Shown piece after piece: positions 35,151 to 36,859 of a DNA stretch of 36,859 bases. The translations under genes and the position numbers were made by a program. The notes below the pieces were generated by a model. It saw nothing but the letters and a program-made list of their open reading frames with translations, made no database searches and was not told where the DNA came from. Positions within the stretch are counted from its first letter, which is position 1; every line of letters begins with the position of its first letter. Source of the DNA: a virus (lineage: Duplodnaviria > Caudoviricetes); the IMG/VR virus record IMGVR_UViG_3300005512_000118, positions 1 through 36,859 of that record; one strand, written 5' to 3'.

Positions 35151-35245
35151 AATTTAAGGGTCTCTGAGACAAAGCCGGAGACTCTTAATTAGCGGCTACC
35201 ACCCACCGCCATTCCAAGGGTGAGTTGATATAGGGTTAATTACAA

Positions 35246-36139
35246 ATGAGTGAAGAAGTTATTGAAAATATTGACGTTTCTACGGACGATGAATCGAGTG
35301 AAGAAATGGTGCCTCAGCCTATCGAAGATACCGAAGAAAGTCAAGAAAGTCAAGAGGAATCTAGCGAAGAAATTAAAGATGAGCCTACAGAACCGGAAGA
35401 AATCACTATTGTTATTGGTGATGACGAACCGGAAGAAGAAAAGCCTGCGGAAGAAGCCCCATCATGGGTGAAAGAACTCCGTAAGGCACATAGAGAGGCT
35501 CAGAAGGAAAATAAGGAGCTTAGAACCAAGCTAGAGAGCTTGCAGACGCCTAAGCAAGAGACTCCGACCCTAGGCCAAAAGCCTAAGATTGAAGACTTTG
35601 ATTATGACGCCGATGAGTTTGAGACAGCTCTAGAAAATTGGTTCAAGAAAAAACAAGAAGTTGATAAGGTTGAAGCTGAGAAGCAAGCAGCCCAGCAAAG
35701 AACTCAGGAAGAATGGAACGCTAGATTAGAAGCATACAACAAGGAAAAAAGCGAATTATCAACACGTATTCATGACTTTGAAGATGCTGAATATGGTTTG
35801 ATGGACGCTCTCAACGATACCCAGAGAGGTATCATAGTTCACGGTGCGGACGAGCCTGCGAAGGTCATGTATGCCATAGGAAAGAACTCTAAAAAAGCTA
35901 AGGAAATCGCTCAAATAAAAGACCCTGTTAAATTCGCTTTCGCTGTGGCGAAGCTGGAAAAAGATATGAAAGTAAAAAGTAAAAAGTCTCCACCTCCACC
36001 AGAAAAAACTTTAGGTGGCACAGCTCCTAAGTCTGGTTCAGTGGATTCTACACTTGACAAGTTACGTGCAGAGGCGGAGCGTACGGGTAATTATACTAAA
36101 GTTATTCAGTACAAGCAACGCCTTAAATCAAAAAATTAA
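35246..36139 (+). CDS. Scaffolding protein
   Basis: Acidic N-terminus, coiled coil and basic C-terminal helix-turn-helix coat-binding-like end; lies between portal and coat. Confidence 0.88.
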   Translation: MSEEVIENIDVSTDDESSEEMVPQPIEDTEESQESQEESSEEIKDEPTEPEEITIVIGDDEPEEEKPAEEAPSWVKELRKAHREAQKENKELRTKLESLQTPKQETPTLGQKPKIEDFDYDADEFETALENWFKKKQEVDKVEAEKQAAQQRTQEEWNARLEAYNKEKSELSTRIHDFEDAEYGLMDALNDTQRGIIVHGADEPAKVMYAIGKNSKKAKEIAQIKDPVKFAFAVAKLEKDMKVKSKKSPPPPEKTLGGTAPKSGSVDSTLDKLRAEAERTGNYTKVIQYKQRLKSKN

Positions 36140-36154
36140 TGAGGATTTATTAAA

Positions 36155-36859
36155 ATGGCTAATAGCTTTAACAAAGAAGAACGCGTAGCATTTGAACAGC
36201 TTTTAGAAGGGTTCAACGATGCGTTAGTACTTTCTCGGAATGTATCAAAATACAACACTGACTCCACTGAAATGGAGCGTGCAGGTGATACTATTTGGCG
36301 TCCACAACCATACATCGCGCAATCTTATGATGGTATGGATCAAACTGGTAACTTCGGCTCTTACACCCAGTTGGCGGTGCCTGCAAGCTTAGGTTTCAGC
36401 AAATCAGTACCTTGGGAACTTGATGCAAAAGAGATGCGTGATGCTTTACAAGAAAATCGTTTGTTTGATTCTGCTAAGCAGAAACTTGCTTCTGACATCA
36501 ACATGGCGATTACAAATGTGGCGTCTAACCAAGGTACTTTGGTCGTAGCTCAATCCACTGCTGCTACTGGTTATGACGACGTTGCTCTAGCCGAGGCTAT
36601 TATGAATGAGCAAGGTGTTGATGCAGATTCTCGTTACATGGGTGTCTCAACCCGTGATTATAACGGAATGGCAAGCAACTTAGGTAACCGTAACACTGTA
36701 CAAGGTGTTGTTCAAACTGCGTATGAGCGAAGCTTTATCGCTCGTATAGCCAGCTTTGACATGTTCAAAATGGATTACGCTAACCGTTTAGCTGCTTCTA
36801 CTGCAACAGGTGTTACTATCAACGGTGCTGGACAATACTACACCCCACAAGCTACTTCA
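36155..36859 (+). CDS. Major capsid protein, 5' part (runs off the window end; continues at base 407 via the overlap)
   Basis: GAGGA RBS; MANSFNKEERVAFEQLLEGF...MERAGDTIWRP...; open frame to the end of the window. Confidence 0.93.
   Translation, partial: MANSFNKEERVAFEQLLEGFNDALVLSRNVSKYNTDSTEMERAGDTIWRPQPYIAQSYDGMDQTGNFGSYTQLAVPASLGFSKSVPWELDAKEMRDALQENRLFDSAKQKLASDINMAITNVASNQGTLVVAQSTAATGYDDVALAEAIMNEQGVDADSRYMGVSTRDYNGMASNLGNRNTVQGVVQTAYERSFIARIASFDMFKMDYANRLAASTATGVTINGAGQYYTPQATS
36454..36859. repeat. Terminal direct repeat, right copy
   Basis: Matches 1-406 with 13 substitutions. Confidence 0.97.

Noticed and set aside
1-36859. Integrase/att site, tRNA genes, alternative genetic code, or a Z-base/hypermodification pathway
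   Set aside because: None recognised: genes read through intact in the standard code, and no PurZ, methyltransferase or queuosine-type genes are evident. Profile searches of the hypothetical ORFs would be needed to exclude divergent ones.

Overview
The window is an essentially complete, circularly permuted tailed-phage genome. The unit length is about 36,453 bp: bases 1-406 recur at 36454-36859 with 13 substitutions, and the break falls inside the major capsid gene. The + strand carries a P22-like podovirus late module: terS, terL, portal, scaffold, coat, gp4/gp10/gp26-like tail genes, three ejection proteins, a beta-helix tailspike, two holin-like genes and a DUF5675 lysin candidate. The - strand carries a replication module: TOPRIM/SF3 primase-helicase, family A DNA polymerase with Leu at the 762 position, Cas4-like PD-(D/E)XK nuclease, SNF2 helicase, VRR-NUC, putative SSB, sigma-70-like factor and a mini J-domain protein. 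I recognised no integrase, repressor, tRNA, CRISPR array or reverse transcriptase. The most unusual features are four. (1) Five paralogous genes built from 44 indel-free 22-aa (66-bp) DUF4116-like repeats sit in two inverted clusters around the primase and an iteron-like origin, with direct evidence of module exchange. (2) A 7-bp-periodic CCNNAGN motif builds the origin repeats and recurs as tandem clusters inside many unrelated genes. (3) An 850-bp non-coding region before terS carries a GCATA-NN-TATGC palindrome array and a C-rich to G-rich strand switch. (4) Several small duplications copy a gene end, RBS and start codon together. All family assignments come from motif recognition by eye, not database searches.
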